From positions 544,001 to 608,000 of the forward strand of contig CBDAOY010000007.1 in assembly GCA_965198225.1 (NCBI GenBank): a stretch of DNA of 64,000 nt, given 5' to 3'. Both the position numbers and the translations under genes were made by a program. Below the pieces are notes generated by a model, which had not been told where the DNA came from, did no database searches, and was given only the letters and a program-made list of their open reading frames with translations. This stretch comes from Terriglobia bacterium (lineage in GTDB: Bacteria > Acidobacteriota > Terriglobia > 20CM-2-55-15). Within the stretch, counting starts at the first letter, position 1. The number at the start of each line of letters is the position of its first letter. Shown here in pieces: positions 48,399 to 58,697 of this stretch.

Positions 48399-49052
48399 CT
48401 ACTGCGTTCCCGCCAGGGCCTGCTCAATCAGATCGTTCACCTGATCGGACTTCATTTCCCCTACGACGACGTACGGGTTCTCGACGTCACCGTCGACGAT
48501 GATGATGTTGAACGGCGTTCCCCACTTGCGGCTGTCGCCCAGAGTTTTTCGTAGAAGGTACTGGAAGGTTTCCATTCGGATGGTTTCCCGCTCATCGTAC
48601 GCCACGACGCTACCGATGATGACCGGGTACTTCATATCATGCTTCGCTATGAAATCCCGGACCTTGTCGATTTCGCTGTACTCGGTCCGTGTCACGATTT
48701 CCAGGCCCCGGGAGTGGTACTTCTCGTAGAGTTCTCCGAGGTAGGGCGCTTCGTAGTTGCAGTTCTTGCACCACTCTGCCGTGTAGGAGAGAAGCAGGAT
48801 CTTCGCCTGTTCGTATTCCGGTTCTGCCGGCAAGTGGAAGTTCACCCTCCCACCATCCAGAGCCGTTCCGTAGAAATCCTGGAACCGAAACAAATCTTTG
48901 AGCTTGGCCAGGTCGGCGGGGACCGTAACGGGATTGTCGGAGAGATACTTGGCCAACACCTCCGACGCCTTTACGTGCAGCAGATCCGCGTACTCATGAT
49001 CATCAGCGACCGGCGCCTGCAGTGCCAACGCAAGGATCAGACTCGAGATCAT
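48399..49052 (-). CDS. Secreted TlpA-like thioredoxin
   Basis: Signal peptide; AEWCKNC...EAP; WGTPF. Confidence 0.8.
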   Translation of the reverse strand: MISSLILALALQAPVADDHEYADLLHVKASEVLAKYLSDNPVTVPADLAKLKDLFRFQDFYGTALDGGRVNFHLPAEPEYEQAKILLLSYTAEWCKNCNYEAPYLGELYEKYHSRGLEIVTRTEYSEIDKVRDFIAKHDMKYPVIIGSVVAYDERETIRMETFQYLLRKTLGDSRKWGTPFNIIIVDGDVENPYVVVGEMKSDQVNDLIEQALAGTQ

Positions 49053-49128
49053 AGCCACCTCCAAACTCTCGATTATACCCCGTACTGGACACCCATTACG
49101 AACATCGGAAAATGAACTACCGACTACT

Positions 49129-50880
49129 CTACAAACAGTACCGGTCCCCATCGATCAGCGCTTCCGCTATTCGGCGGCGCGCGGCAACTGTATCGGTCGG
49201 GACCCAGGCGAGGACTCTTCGCAGGGCCGCCAGACGATCGGTGAGATCTCCCCCGTCGGTGACGGAGGCAAGTGCCTGGCGGCCGGCCGATTCCAGGCGC
49301 ATCGTCGCATCGGTGATGAACGTGCTCACGATGTCGGGATAGAGGTCATTGTTCCCCTTCGAAAAGCGGCAGAGGGCCGTGTCGATCGCGTAGGTCTCGA
49401 TGACCATATTGCTGAGGTGCATGAGGAGCTCCTGCTGATCCCGGATGTCTGTCCCATGTTTCTGCATGACCGATCCGGCGACGAACAGGGAGGCGGTCCT
49501 TGCCTGTGCGGCGGCCCCATCTGGACCATGCATCCCTCCCGAAGCTTTTACGGGCGATCCTGAGAGCGCGTCCTCGACGGCGGCGGCGGTCGCTTCCATC
49601 AGCGGCAGGGCACCCGACTGAGCCCGCTTGACGAGCATCGTCGGGATCAGCAGGCGGTTGATCTCGTTCGTTCCTTCAAAAATCCGGTTTACCCGGGAAT
49701 CCCGGTAGTAGCGCTCGACGGCATACTCCTTGCTGTAGCCATAGCCGCCGTAGATCTGAACCGCCTCGTCGACGACGTAGTCGAGCACCTCGGTGCCGAA
49801 GACCTTCAGGATCGAGCACTCGATCGCGTATTCTTCGATCGCCTTCATGACCTGGGCCGACTGAGCTTGATCGACTATCGCCAGACCGGCATCCATCAGG
49901 CCGGCCGTTCGATAGACCATCGCTTCGGTGATCCAGATCCGGATAGCCATCTCGGCGAGTTTGTGCTGGATTGCCCCGAAAGAGGCGATCGGCCTGGTGA
50001 ACGCGACACGTTCCTTCGCGTAGCGGATCGAATCGTTCAACGCGGTCTTGCTGCCGCCAGCGGCGTTCGCACCGAGTTTCGCCCTCCCGGTGTTCAGGAT
50101 ATTGAAGGCGACACGATGTCCCTTACCTATTTCTCCCAGGAGGTTTTTAGCAGGGACCTGAGCGTTGTCGAGGATCACGGTGCTCGTGGAAGAGCCCAGC
50201 AGCCCCATCTTCTTTTCTTCCGAGCCGACGGAGACGCCGGGATGTTTCCTCTCCACGATGAAACAGCTGAATTCGTCGCCGTCGACTTGAGCGAATGTCA
50301 CGAAGACATCGGCGAATGCCGCGTTCGTGATCCACATTTTCTCGCCGGAGAGGATCCAGTGCCTCCCATCCCCACTCCTGGACCCTCTGGCCCTGGCCGC
50401 CAGAGCGTCAGAACCGCTGCTTGCCTCCGACAGTGCATACGAAGTGAAGAGCTCTGCTTTGCAGAAGCGCGGCAGGTACTCGAGCTTTTGCTCTTCGGTC
50501 CCGAAGTAAACGATGGGCAGTGTTCCGATGCCGGCGTGTCCACCGTAGGACACTGCGAAGGATCCGACGCGGCCAAGCTGTTCTTGGACGATCATCGCCG
50601 AGACCTTGTCGAGGCTTTCGCCCCCGTACTTTTCCGGAACTTCGATGCCCAGCAGGCCCAGCTCACCGCATCGTCGCAGGAGCGAAGTCGTGACCTCCCA
50701 GTCCTTGCTTTCGATCTCTTCAACGCGTGGCACGACCTCCGCTTCGACGAACTGTTGAGTCATTTCGCGGATCAATTCGTGCTCTTCGGAAAAATCTTCG
50801 GGGGTGAAAACGTTCTGCTCGGGGCTCGCATCCAGCAGAAAACTGCCGCCCTTTCCGGAACTGGTTACAGATTCTTTCAT
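49129..50880 (-). CDS. Acyl-CoA dehydrogenase
   Basis: YALSEASSGSDA, GEKMWITN, QIYGGYGY, RIFEGTNEI. Confidence 0.93.
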   Translation of the reverse strand: MKESVTSSGKGGSFLLDASPEQNVFTPEDFSEEHELIREMTQQFVEAEVVPRVEEIESKDWEVTTSLLRRCGELGLLGIEVPEKYGGESLDKVSAMIVQEQLGRVGSFAVSYGGHAGIGTLPIVYFGTEEQKLEYLPRFCKAELFTSYALSEASSGSDALAARARGSRSGDGRHWILSGEKMWITNAAFADVFVTFAQVDGDEFSCFIVERKHPGVSVGSEEKKMGLLGSSTSTVILDNAQVPAKNLLGEIGKGHRVAFNILNTGRAKLGANAAGGSKTALNDSIRYAKERVAFTRPIASFGAIQHKLAEMAIRIWITEAMVYRTAGLMDAGLAIVDQAQSAQVMKAIEEYAIECSILKVFGTEVLDYVVDEAVQIYGGYGYSKEYAVERYYRDSRVNRIFEGTNEINRLLIPTMLVKRAQSGALPLMEATAAAVEDALSGSPVKASGGMHGPDGAAAQARTASLFVAGSVMQKHGTDIRDQQELLMHLSNMVIETYAIDTALCRFSKGNNDLYPDIVSTFITDATMRLESAGRQALASVTDGGDLTDRLAALRRVLAWVPTDTVAARRRIAEALIDGDRYCL

Positions 50881-50884
50881 TCGC

Positions 50885-51406
50885 CTATGACTCGGGACGG
50901 AAAACAAATGAATCTAATACGCGGGGCAGGGCGAGTTCAATCGCCTTTTCGACGGCGTCTTCGGCGGAGACGGCACGGTAGAGTGCCGAGGATGACCTTT
51001 CACCGCCGTCGATGGAAAACTCCCAGGTCCTCAGCCCGACGACCGGCGTGCCGACCTTTAGAGCCAGAGCGATCTCGGAAAGCGTGCCGGCTCCGCCCGT
51101 GATCGCGATCAAGCAGTTGGAAGTCAGAGCGTTGATCGCGTTGCGGGCGTTACCCATCCCGGTGACGATCGGTACTTCCACATAGGGGTTGGCACTCTTC
51201 TCGTCTTCAGTTGGCAATATGCCGACGACGAGACCTCCCGCGGCGGCGGCTCCCATCGAAGCCGCTTCCATGACGCCGCCACGCCCGCCACAGATGAGGA
51301 TGGCGCCCTTCTCAGCAATCCGACGCCCGACCTCTTCAGCCAGGCTTGCGGTCTCGGCGTCGCAGCTTCCGGCTCCCATGACTCCGATGCGTAGTTTGCG
51401 TTTCAT
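50885..51406 (-). CDS. TIGR00725 family (LOG-like) protein
   Basis: CGGRGGVMEA, TGMGNARN, GGAGTLSEI. Confidence 0.88.
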   Translation of the reverse strand: MKRKLRIGVMGAGSCDAETASLAEEVGRRIAEKGAILICGGRGGVMEAASMGAAAAGGLVVGILPTEDEKSANPYVEVPIVTGMGNARNAINALTSNCLIAITGGAGTLSEIALALKVGTPVVGLRTWEFSIDGGERSSSALYRAVSAEDAVEKAIELALPRVLDSFVFRPES

Positions 51407-51489
51407 GTTGGAAGAAGTCACGGTGGCTAGTGATAGCTCTTCAGGATCTAACCCTTTCCGACTTTTCTGCTTAGCCAACACCCGGGAAG

Positions 51490-51557
51490 TGTAGGTGCGC
51501 TCTGTGAGCGCACATTGTTTCGGTTCGCCGAATGTGCGGTCATAGACCGCACCTACA
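51490..51557. repeat. GTAG-type REP doublet (inverted pair)
   Basis: tGTAGgtgcgctctgtgagcgcac ... gtgcggtcatagaccgcacCTACa. Confidence 0.8.
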
Positions 51558-51584
51558 ACTGAATTAGCGCGGCCTGGGGCCGCG

Positions 51585-52418
51585 CTAATTCATCATCGCC
51601 CGTATCCGATGCAGGTCTTTCAGGTACTTCTCGATGTCCTCCCGGTCATCCGCCTCAGGGCGATCCTTGAGGTACCGCTTCAGATCCCGCGCCGCTCCGT
51701 CGAAATTCCGGACCTGGAGGCGGAGCAAGCCGCGATCGCGGTACAGCTCCTCGGCGGCGGGTTCGATCACGGCCAGGAGGTCGACCATCGTCAGGGCCTT
51801 GTCGAACGCCTCAACCTTCAGATAGATCACCTTCAGGTTGTTGAGCATGCGCGCCAGTATCTGTCGGTTTGTGACGCGCCGCAGCCATCGATCGGTGCTC
51901 TGGCCGTCCTCGAGGTTCATCTGACCGATAAAATCGCGGCATTGCTGTCGTGTCAAGACGGACCCCGCATTGAAGGGATCCAGGAAGATCTCTTCGTCTC
52001 CCGAGCGGTATTTCACGACGAAGTGTCCCGGCATTCCGACTCCCTCGACGGGAAACTCCAGCCGGCGAGCGACCTCCAGGTAGATCGCCGAAAGCGTGAT
52101 CGGGATACCGATCCGGCGGTCGATGACGTCGTTCAAAAAGCTGTTTCGGGGATCGTAGTAGTCGGACGTGTTTCCGCGGAAACCGTAGTCGACGAATAGT
52201 ACGTGGTTGATCCTGTCGATGGTTTCCAGGGGTTGAGCGTCGTCGCCGAGGGCAGCCCGCACGCTGTCGGCCATAGTGTCGAGCTGGTCGAGGTAGGGCC
52301 GTAGCGACAGCTGCGGGTATTCCTCACAAGCCATCAACAGCGCGGCTTCGGCCAGCGGGATTCCCAGGTCCGGGAGGGTGATGAGTTGCTCAAACGTTTG
52401 CCGGGATCGTGTGGTCAC
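51585..52418 (-). CDS. SirB1-family transglutaminase-like protein with TPR
   Basis: FRGN..DYYDPRNSFL, RIGIPITL, MPGHF, RMLNNLK, RDRGL. Confidence 0.9.
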   Translation of the reverse strand: MTTRSRQTFEQLITLPDLGIPLAEAALLMACEEYPQLSLRPYLDQLDTMADSVRAALGDDAQPLETIDRINHVLFVDYGFRGNTSDYYDPRNSFLNDVIDRRIGIPITLSAIYLEVARRLEFPVEGVGMPGHFVVKYRSGDEEIFLDPFNAGSVLTRQQCRDFIGQMNLEDGQSTDRWLRRVTNRQILARMLNNLKVIYLKVEAFDKALTMVDLLAVIEPAAEELYRDRGLLRLQVRNFDGAARDLKRYLKDRPEADDREDIEKYLKDLHRIRAMMN

Positions 52419-52573
52419 GCCCTATCGCTCCTTCCGCTCGCCGACCTCGACGATCGAGGGCGATGAAATCGAACAAGTCCGGAGGTCGAAGGACATAGGA
52501 ACAAACTTAGCACGTTTTCGACGTAGGGGAACGGACCCGAACAGCGGGACGGAGCGGGTTGTAGCCGCCCGGT

Positions 52574-54871
52574 TCAGTTGTCCAGTATCTCGCGAATTCG
52601 CCTCGCCAGCGTGTCCCTGCTGTAAGGTTTTGCCAGCAGCTCCACTCCGGGTTCCAGGCGTCCATGGTGGACGACAGAGTCCACTGTATATCCGGAGGAA
52701 AACAGAACCCGGATGCCGGGACGCAGTTCGACGACTCGCTCTGCCAGCTCTCTGCCCGTCATCCCTCCCGGCAGCACCACGTCGGTCAGTAGCAGATCAA
52801 TGTCGGGTAGTCCGTCCAGTATCTTCATCGCCGAGGGTCCGTCCCGGCAGGCAGTGACGTCGTAGCCGAGCGATCCCAGCGCGAGATTGATGAATGCCCG
52901 GACATCGGGATCGTCCTCCACCACGAGGATCCGTTCTTTCCCTGACGCTACCGGTCCCGACGGGGCCGGAGCGGGATCTCTCGGCACCTCGCGGGATTGG
53001 GAACGTGGCAGGTAGAGCTTTACCGTCGTTCCGTTGTTCGGCTCCGAGTAGATGGCGACGTGTCCGCCCGACTGTTTGACGAAGCCGTACACCATGCTCA
53101 ACCCGAGACCGCTTCCCTTGCCGATTTCCTTCGTCGAGAAAAAGGGCTGAAAGGCTCTTTCGGCGACCTCGGGGTTCATTCCACATCCGGTGTCGCTGAC
53201 AGCAACCATCACGTAGGGCCCGGGGCGCACCTCCGGTTGCGCTTTGGCGTACTCCTTGTCGAGGCGGGAGTTTGACGTTTCGATCGTCAGCTTGCCGCCT
53301 CCGGGCATCGCGTCCCTGGCGTTGAGTGCGAGGTTGAGTATCGAGCTCTCGAGTTGTCCGTCGTCAATCAGCGCTTTCCAGAGCCCGCCCCCACAGACGT
53401 TCTCAATCCCGATGTCCTCGCCCAGTGTCCGTCGCAGAAACTCCGTCATGGCGGATACCAGCAGGTTCACGTCGGTGGGTCTCGGATTGAGTGTCTGCTT
53501 GCGCGAAAACGCCAGTAGCTGCTTTGTCAGGCTCGCCGCCCGGTTGGACGATTTCAGCGCGAGTTCCACGAATCGCTGGGCTTCGGGCTGGCCCGCGGTC
53601 GAATCCTCGAGGAACTCCAGATTCCCGATTGTGCTTGTCAGAATGTTGTTGAAGTCGTGTGCAACGCCGCCGGTGAGCTGACCGACCGCTTCCATCTTCT
53701 GGGCCTGCTTCAGTTGTTGTTCCTGTTGCTTGCGTTCCGCGATGTCACGGACCGAGCCGACCAGAACGTGTCGGTCCGCGATCAGAACGTCGGAGACGGC
53801 TACTTCGATGGGGAAGAGCGTCCCGTCCCTCCGGCGTCCCTGCATCTCTTTCGGTCCCTGGCCGACCAGTTGGGAGCCGAGGTAGTCGTTATGCTGCGTC
53901 TCGTCTGGCGTCGGCATCAGCGAGGTCACAGGCTGCCCCCGAACCTCCTCGGCCGAGTATCCGAAAATCAACTCGGCGGCCTGATTGAATGACTCGATGT
54001 GACCGGCTTCGTCGGCCGTGATGATCCCGTCGGCGGCGCGGTCCATGACGGCCCTCAGGCGGGCTTCGCTCTGCCGGATTTCCTCTTCCGCCTGGACGCG
54101 CGAGGTGATGTCCTGCACGGTCCCACTCATCCGGACCGCTTGCCCGCCCTCGAACGTCACTTCGGCTTCCTGATGCACGGTGCGGATCCCGACGTGGGGC
54201 ACGAGGATGAGGTGGTCGATGCTGAATGGTTTCTGCTCATGCACGGCCTCGTCGACCGTATGCCGGACCAACTCCCTTTCGTCGGGGTGAACCGAGTCGA
54301 GGAAAGATTCAAAGGAGAGATCGAATTCATCCGGCTTCAGACCGAAGATTCGGTACATCTCGTCCGACAGCTGCAGGGAGTCGTGGACGATGTTCCAGTT
54401 CCAACTCCCCATATGTGCGATACGTTGTGCGTTGGCGAGACTGGCCTCCCGGTCCTTCAACGTGTAGGTCAACTCGCCCAGCGCGTCATCGGTTTCGAGC
54501 ACTTTTTCCCCGGCAGCGGTCAACGCATCCGTCAAGTCGAATATGCGCCGGCCGACCGAGATGATGCCGAACGCAATCGAACCCACCGCTACAAGCGAAA
54601 GAAGCCATCTCTCGTTCAAGTGCAGGCCTTCCATCAGCGCCATGGACCGCCCTGCTCCGACGATGGAGGGGAACAGGTACATCGTCAGGAGATCGACGAA
54701 ATAGAAGAGGGCAAACAGGAGAAGTCCGAATGAAATCGCTACCAGGCCTTTCGCGCTCCCACGCAGGGAGGGATGCCGGCGGTTACGGAAAACCCAGTAG
54801 ATCGCCCCGCCGGAGACCCAGATGATCAGCAGGTCGAAGACGGTCATCAGGAGCGTGGATTCCCAGATCAT
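52574..54871 (-). CDS. Membrane PAS-PAS hybrid sensor histidine kinase with receiver domain
   Basis: AHDFNN H-box, NLALNARDAM, DTGCG, GSGLGL; C-terminal VVEDD...TDVVLP. Confidence 0.93.
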   Translation of the reverse strand: MIWESTLLMTVFDLLIIWVSGGAIYWVFRNRRHPSLRGSAKGLVAISFGLLLFALFYFVDLLTMYLFPSIVGAGRSMALMEGLHLNERWLLSLVAVGSIAFGIISVGRRIFDLTDALTAAGEKVLETDDALGELTYTLKDREASLANAQRIAHMGSWNWNIVHDSLQLSDEMYRIFGLKPDEFDLSFESFLDSVHPDERELVRHTVDEAVHEQKPFSIDHLILVPHVGIRTVHQEAEVTFEGGQAVRMSGTVQDITSRVQAEEEIRQSEARLRAVMDRAADGIITADEAGHIESFNQAAELIFGYSAEEVRGQPVTSLMPTPDETQHNDYLGSQLVGQGPKEMQGRRRDGTLFPIEVAVSDVLIADRHVLVGSVRDIAERKQQEQQLKQAQKMEAVGQLTGGVAHDFNNILTSTIGNLEFLEDSTAGQPEAQRFVELALKSSNRAASLTKQLLAFSRKQTLNPRPTDVNLLVSAMTEFLRRTLGEDIGIENVCGGGLWKALIDDGQLESSILNLALNARDAMPGGGKLTIETSNSRLDKEYAKAQPEVRPGPYVMVAVSDTGCGMNPEVAERAFQPFFSTKEIGKGSGLGLSMVYGFVKQSGGHVAIYSEPNNGTTVKLYLPRSQSREVPRDPAPAPSGPVASGKERILVVEDDPDVRAFINLALGSLGYDVTACRDGPSAMKILDGLPDIDLLLTDVVLPGGMTGRELAERVVELRPGIRVLFSSGYTVDSVVHHGRLEPGVELLAKPYSRDTLARRIREILDN

Positions 54872-55145
54872 TCTGCGGCTCGATGAGCTCGACTAACTCG
54901 CTTGTGGATGTTCCGACACAGTGGCTTCTGCTGCGGTTTCGCTTCTCGAGGGGGGTTCTGGCGCTCGATTATATGAGGGTGGCAGTCTTTCTGCAATCCG
55001 TCCGCGGCTTCAGACCCGGGCTGCTGGCATTCAGTGGAGTTGACGATGCAGCCTGTCAACCCAAGGATTATCTCGCTCTGATACCGTTGGACCTGTTCTG
55101 GAGGGAGAGAGCGTGCAATCAACTGATGTATAATTTCCGTTTCGT

Positions 55146-56246
55146 ATGGGAGAGGCGAAGATAGACTCGGAGATTGCAAGAAAGGTCAAGCAGGGAGAAC
55201 GACTTAGCTTCGAGGACGGCGTCGCGCTGTACCGCAGCAGCGACGTACTGGGGTTGGGTCGACTGGCCGAGAGGGTACGGGTGCGTCTCAACGGTCATTC
55301 CGCCTACTACAACGTCAACCGTCACATCAATTACACCAACGTCTGCGTCATCGACTGTCAGCTGTGTCAGGGCGCCTACGCCCGCAAGCCGGGTGAAGAC
55401 GGCGGCTACACGATGGACCTGGAGCAGGTCTTCCGGTTTGCCGCGCAGAAATACAACGATTCGGTGACCGAGTTTCACATCGTCGGCGGACTCAACCCGG
55501 AGTTGGAGTTCCAGTACTACATCGATTTGCTTGCAGGTCTAAGGCAGCGCTTTCCGGGGGTCCACCTGAAAGCTTTCACGATGGTGGAGCTCGATTTCTT
55601 CACGAAGATTACACGCCAGCCCCTGGAGTGGGTAATCGGGAAGCTTCGCGACGCCGGAATGGGAAGCTGTCCCGGCGGCGGCGCGGAGATTTTTGCCGAG
55701 CGCGCGCGACCGATGATTGCCGGACACAAGATATCGGGAGATCGCTGGCTCGAGTGTGCACGAACCGTTCATCGCATGGGCATCCGCTCGAACGCGACCA
55801 TGCTCTACGGGCACATCGAGACGACCGAGGAGCGGGTGGATCATCTGATCCGACTGCGCGAGTTGCAAGACGAAACAGGAGGGTTTAATTGCTTCATCCC
55901 GTTGGCCTTTCATCCCGAGAACACCGTGCTGGAACACCTACCTCCGACGACCGGCACGGACGATATCCGAACCATCGCGGTGTCGCGTCTGATGCTCGAT
56001 AACTTCTCCCATATCAAGGCTTACTGGGTCACGATCACGCCGTCGCTGGCTCAGGTCGCTCTGCGGTTCGGCGCCGACGACCTGGACGGTACGATCATCG
56101 AAGAGAGGATCATCCACGGCGCCGGCAGTCAAACCAGTCCCGGTTTGACCAGAGAGGAGATCGAGCAGCTGATTCGGGACGTCGGATGCGACCCGATCGA
56201 GCGCGACACGCTCTACAATCGGGTCGGCAAGAAGCAGGCGGTGTAG
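55146..56246 (+). CDS. mqnE: Aminofutalosine synthase MqnE (CofH-like radical SAM)
   Basis: NRHINYTNVC..DCQLC, HIVGG, PGGGAEIF, NATMLYGHIE, HIKAYW. Confidence 0.85.
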   Translation: MGEAKIDSEIARKVKQGERLSFEDGVALYRSSDVLGLGRLAERVRVRLNGHSAYYNVNRHINYTNVCVIDCQLCQGAYARKPGEDGGYTMDLEQVFRFAAQKYNDSVTEFHIVGGLNPELEFQYYIDLLAGLRQRFPGVHLKAFTMVELDFFTKITRQPLEWVIGKLRDAGMGSCPGGGAEIFAERARPMIAGHKISGDRWLECARTVHRMGIRSNATMLYGHIETTEERVDHLIRLRELQDETGGFNCFIPLAFHPENTVLEHLPPTTGTDDIRTIAVSRLMLDNFSHIKAYWVTITPSLAQVALRFGADDLDGTIIEERIIHGAGSQTSPGLTREEIEQLIRDVGCDPIERDTLYNRVGKKQAV

Positions 56247-56295
56247 ACGACGGGTCCAGCTTACCTGTCCCGCAATCCAGGCACCGGAAGCGCGC

Positions 56296-57009
56296 ATGCT
56301 GAACCCGAAAGTGATGGCCCTGGCGAAAAAAGCGGTTCCTTCGGCCATCTATCGTCGCCTGGATCCGTTCGAGGCTACCATTGCCTCCTTTGTCGAGAGC
56401 GTCGCCACGAACACGCCCGACGACCATCTGGTTCTGGATGCCGGCGCCGGCGAGTCGCGATTCCGGGGACTGTTTGACCACGCCCGCTACCTAACGATCG
56501 ATTTCGGGTTAGGGGATCGAGACTGGGATTACAGCGGCCTCGACATCATCGGGAGGTGCGAGGAGCTGCCGCTCGCTGATGCGAGCTGCGATAGGGTGCT
56601 CTCGGTGGTCGTGTTGGAGCACACACCCGAACCGGCCCGCGTGATCGAGGAATTCCACCGGGTGCTGAAGTCTGGAGGCAGTGTGCACATGGTCGTGCCG
56701 CACATGTGGGAAGAACACCAGCGTCCCTTCGATTACTTTCGATACACCGCGTCGGGGATTCGCTACCTCCTCGAGGAGTCCGGCTTCCGGATTCTGGAGA
56801 TTCGCCCGGTGGGCGGGTTTTTCTGGCAACTCGGCAGACGGCTGATGGGCGTACTGGCTTTTACGCAGAAGGGTTGGAGGTGGATTCTCTTTCCCTTACT
56901 GGCGCCGATCTTCGGGTTGTTCCTGCCGCTCTGCTGTTATTATCTCGATGCGCTCGATCGAGACCGTGCGTACACGTTGGGTTATGTCTGTGAGGGACTG
57001 AGAGAGTGA
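56296..57009 (+). CDS. Class I SAM-dependent methyltransferase
   Basis: LDAGAGE, VLEH.PEP, PFDYFRYT. Confidence 0.88.
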   Translation: MLNPKVMALAKKAVPSAIYRRLDPFEATIASFVESVATNTPDDHLVLDAGAGESRFRGLFDHARYLTIDFGLGDRDWDYSGLDIIGRCEELPLADASCDRVLSVVVLEHTPEPARVIEEFHRVLKSGGSVHMVVPHMWEEHQRPFDYFRYTASGIRYLLEESGFRILEIRPVGGFFWQLGRRLMGVLAFTQKGWRWILFPLLAPIFGLFLPLCCYYLDALDRDRAYTLGYVCEGLRE

Positions 57010-58040
57010 ATCGCAAGATAGGGAACCGGATGAGGATCGCGGCCAGTTATTTTCGCCGACAGGCGGTGCTGCCCGGCGGGCCCATCGAAGTCACGCTGGA
57101 GAGCACTGCGAAGTGTAACCTCTACTGCCCGATGTGTCCCCGTCACATCTATACCTTCGACGACGAGAGCATGGACCTGGATCTTTTCCGGAAGATTGTT
57201 GCCGACTGCAAGGACTACGTCGAGTTCGCCTGGCCGTACGGTATCGGCGAGCCGATGATTCATCCGGACATTTTCGAGATGATCCGGATCACGCGTGAAG
57301 CGGGCATTCGAACCGGGATGTCCACCAACGCTACCCTTCTGGACGACAAACGTGCCGACATGCTGCTCGATTCCGGATTGGACTACCTGATTCTGGCCTT
57401 CGACGGCGCCACGAAGGAGAGCTACGAGAGGTACCGCGTCGGGGCCGAGTTCGAGCGGACCCGGCAGAACATTTTCAATCTCCTGAAGAAAAAGCTCGAC
57501 CGCGGATCATCGATGTTCACCGTCGTCCAAATGGTCCTCCTGAAAGATAACCAGCACGAGGTCGACGCATACCGAAAGCTTTGGGATATCGAAGGCGTGG
57601 ACGAAGTACGTTTCAAGCGCGACGAAGTCCACATCGACGGGTCTCGCATCCCCGATTCGCAGCTGGAGGGCCAGCGGCGGAACCCCTGTCATCTCCTGTG
57701 GCGCGGACCACTCTACGTGCGCTACGACGGAAAAGCATTTCCGTGTTGCTACATGTACGACGAGGAACCGATAGGTGACTTGCGGGAGCAGTCCGTGATG
57801 GAGGTCTGGAACTCTCCGGCCATGGTCGCGTTGCGTGAGGCACACCTGGCCGGTGACGTCAGCGACTACCCTCTATGCCAGAACTGCCAGGCGGTACGCC
57901 CCGGCCTGCCCGCATTTTACGGCAGCCTGATGGTCGACGGCCTGACCGTCCGGAAGGCCGTCCCCGTCCTGGAAAAACTCGCGAAGTTTTACAAGATCAA
58001 CGTTTTTGAGAAGAAGCAGCCGGCAGGACTGGCTGACTAA
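57006..58040 (+). CDS. Radical SAM protein with SPASM/Twitch domain
   Basis: CNLYCPMC, GEPMIHP; C-terminal C...PCC...CQNC. Confidence 0.88.
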   Translation: MNRKIGNRMRIAASYFRRQAVLPGGPIEVTLESTAKCNLYCPMCPRHIYTFDDESMDLDLFRKIVADCKDYVEFAWPYGIGEPMIHPDIFEMIRITREAGIRTGMSTNATLLDDKRADMLLDSGLDYLILAFDGATKESYERYRVGAEFERTRQNIFNLLKKKLDRGSSMFTVVQMVLLKDNQHEVDAYRKLWDIEGVDEVRFKRDEVHIDGSRIPDSQLEGQRRNPCHLLWRGPLYVRYDGKAFPCCYMYDEEPIGDLREQSVMEVWNSPAMVALREAHLAGDVSDYPLCQNCQAVRPGLPAFYGSLMVDGLTVRKAVPVLEKLAKFYKINVFEKKQPAGLAD

Positions 58041-58051
58041 GTGATGGTGAC

Positions 58052-58156
58052 TGTAGGTGCGCTCTATGAGCGCACATCCCAAGTAACTGTAGGTGCGGCT
58101 CTATGACCGCACATCTCGAGAACCAGAACAATGTGCGGTCATAGACCGCACCTACA
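58052..58156. repeat. GTAG-type REP triplet
   Basis: Two direct and one inverted copy of tGTAGgtgcg(c/g)tctatga(g/c)cgcac. Confidence 0.8.
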
Positions 58157-58167
58157 CCGGGACCCAA

Positions 58168-58626
58168 TCACGTCCTGAACCTTATCTCCGCCAACATGAA
58201 CGCCATACCCTCCGGGACCACCGATAGAGAAACGAAGTCCGGTCCGAGGAACTCCCGAAGCGTGTCGACGAGGTCGGCGTCGATACGGTCGATCCGCAGC
58301 GCAGCCCGGTGCATCTTCCCGTCCGACGTCAGCTCGCAGTCCAGCGGGTCCAGTGCCTTCATGAGGCGGTGGAGCCGGCCGGCAAGAGTCTCCAGGTTAA
58401 CTTCGCCATCGACTCGAACAATCGTCTCTTTCGGAAGCCAGCAGAACTTCTCGGAACCGTAGAGAATCCGGTAGTTGCTGCGCTTTATCTCCAGAACCAG
58501 CCCTGCTTCGCGTGGGATTCCGAGTTGGTCGCGGTGATACGGGGATCGACAGTAGACGAAGTCTCCGACATCGATTCGTTTGGATTTCAAGCTTACAGTG
58601 TAAGGAAATTCATGTCCGAGGAGCAA
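58168..58626 (-). CDS. Hypothetical protein (start uncertain)
   Basis: Coding-like ORF with a possible SH3-like N-terminus (VGDFVYC...GLVLEI). Confidence 0.55.
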   Translation of the reverse strand: MLLGHEFPYTVSLKSKRIDVGDFVYCRSPYHRDQLGIPREAGLVLEIKRSNYRILYGSEKFCWLPKETIVRVDGEVNLETLAGRLHRLMKALDPLDCELTSDGKMHRAALRIDRIDADLVDTLREFLGPDFVSLSVVPEGMAFMLAEIRFRT

Positions 58627-58697
58627 TTAACCGTCACCGGCTCTGCCAAGATTGGCCGCCGCGGCAAAGGCGCATCGTACCTTCTCTCGGAGGCTTA

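Noticed and set aside
57006-58040. Radical SAM/SPASM as the dedicated maturase of the NHLP peptides
   Set aside because: It is 24 kb away, outside the islet, has no evident RRE and is coupled to an unrelated methyltransferase; not supportable from sequence.
58052-58156. Repeat-spacer-like pattern considered as a CRISPR array
   Set aside because: Only three copies, one inverted, with irregular short spacers and no cas genes; fits REP elements.
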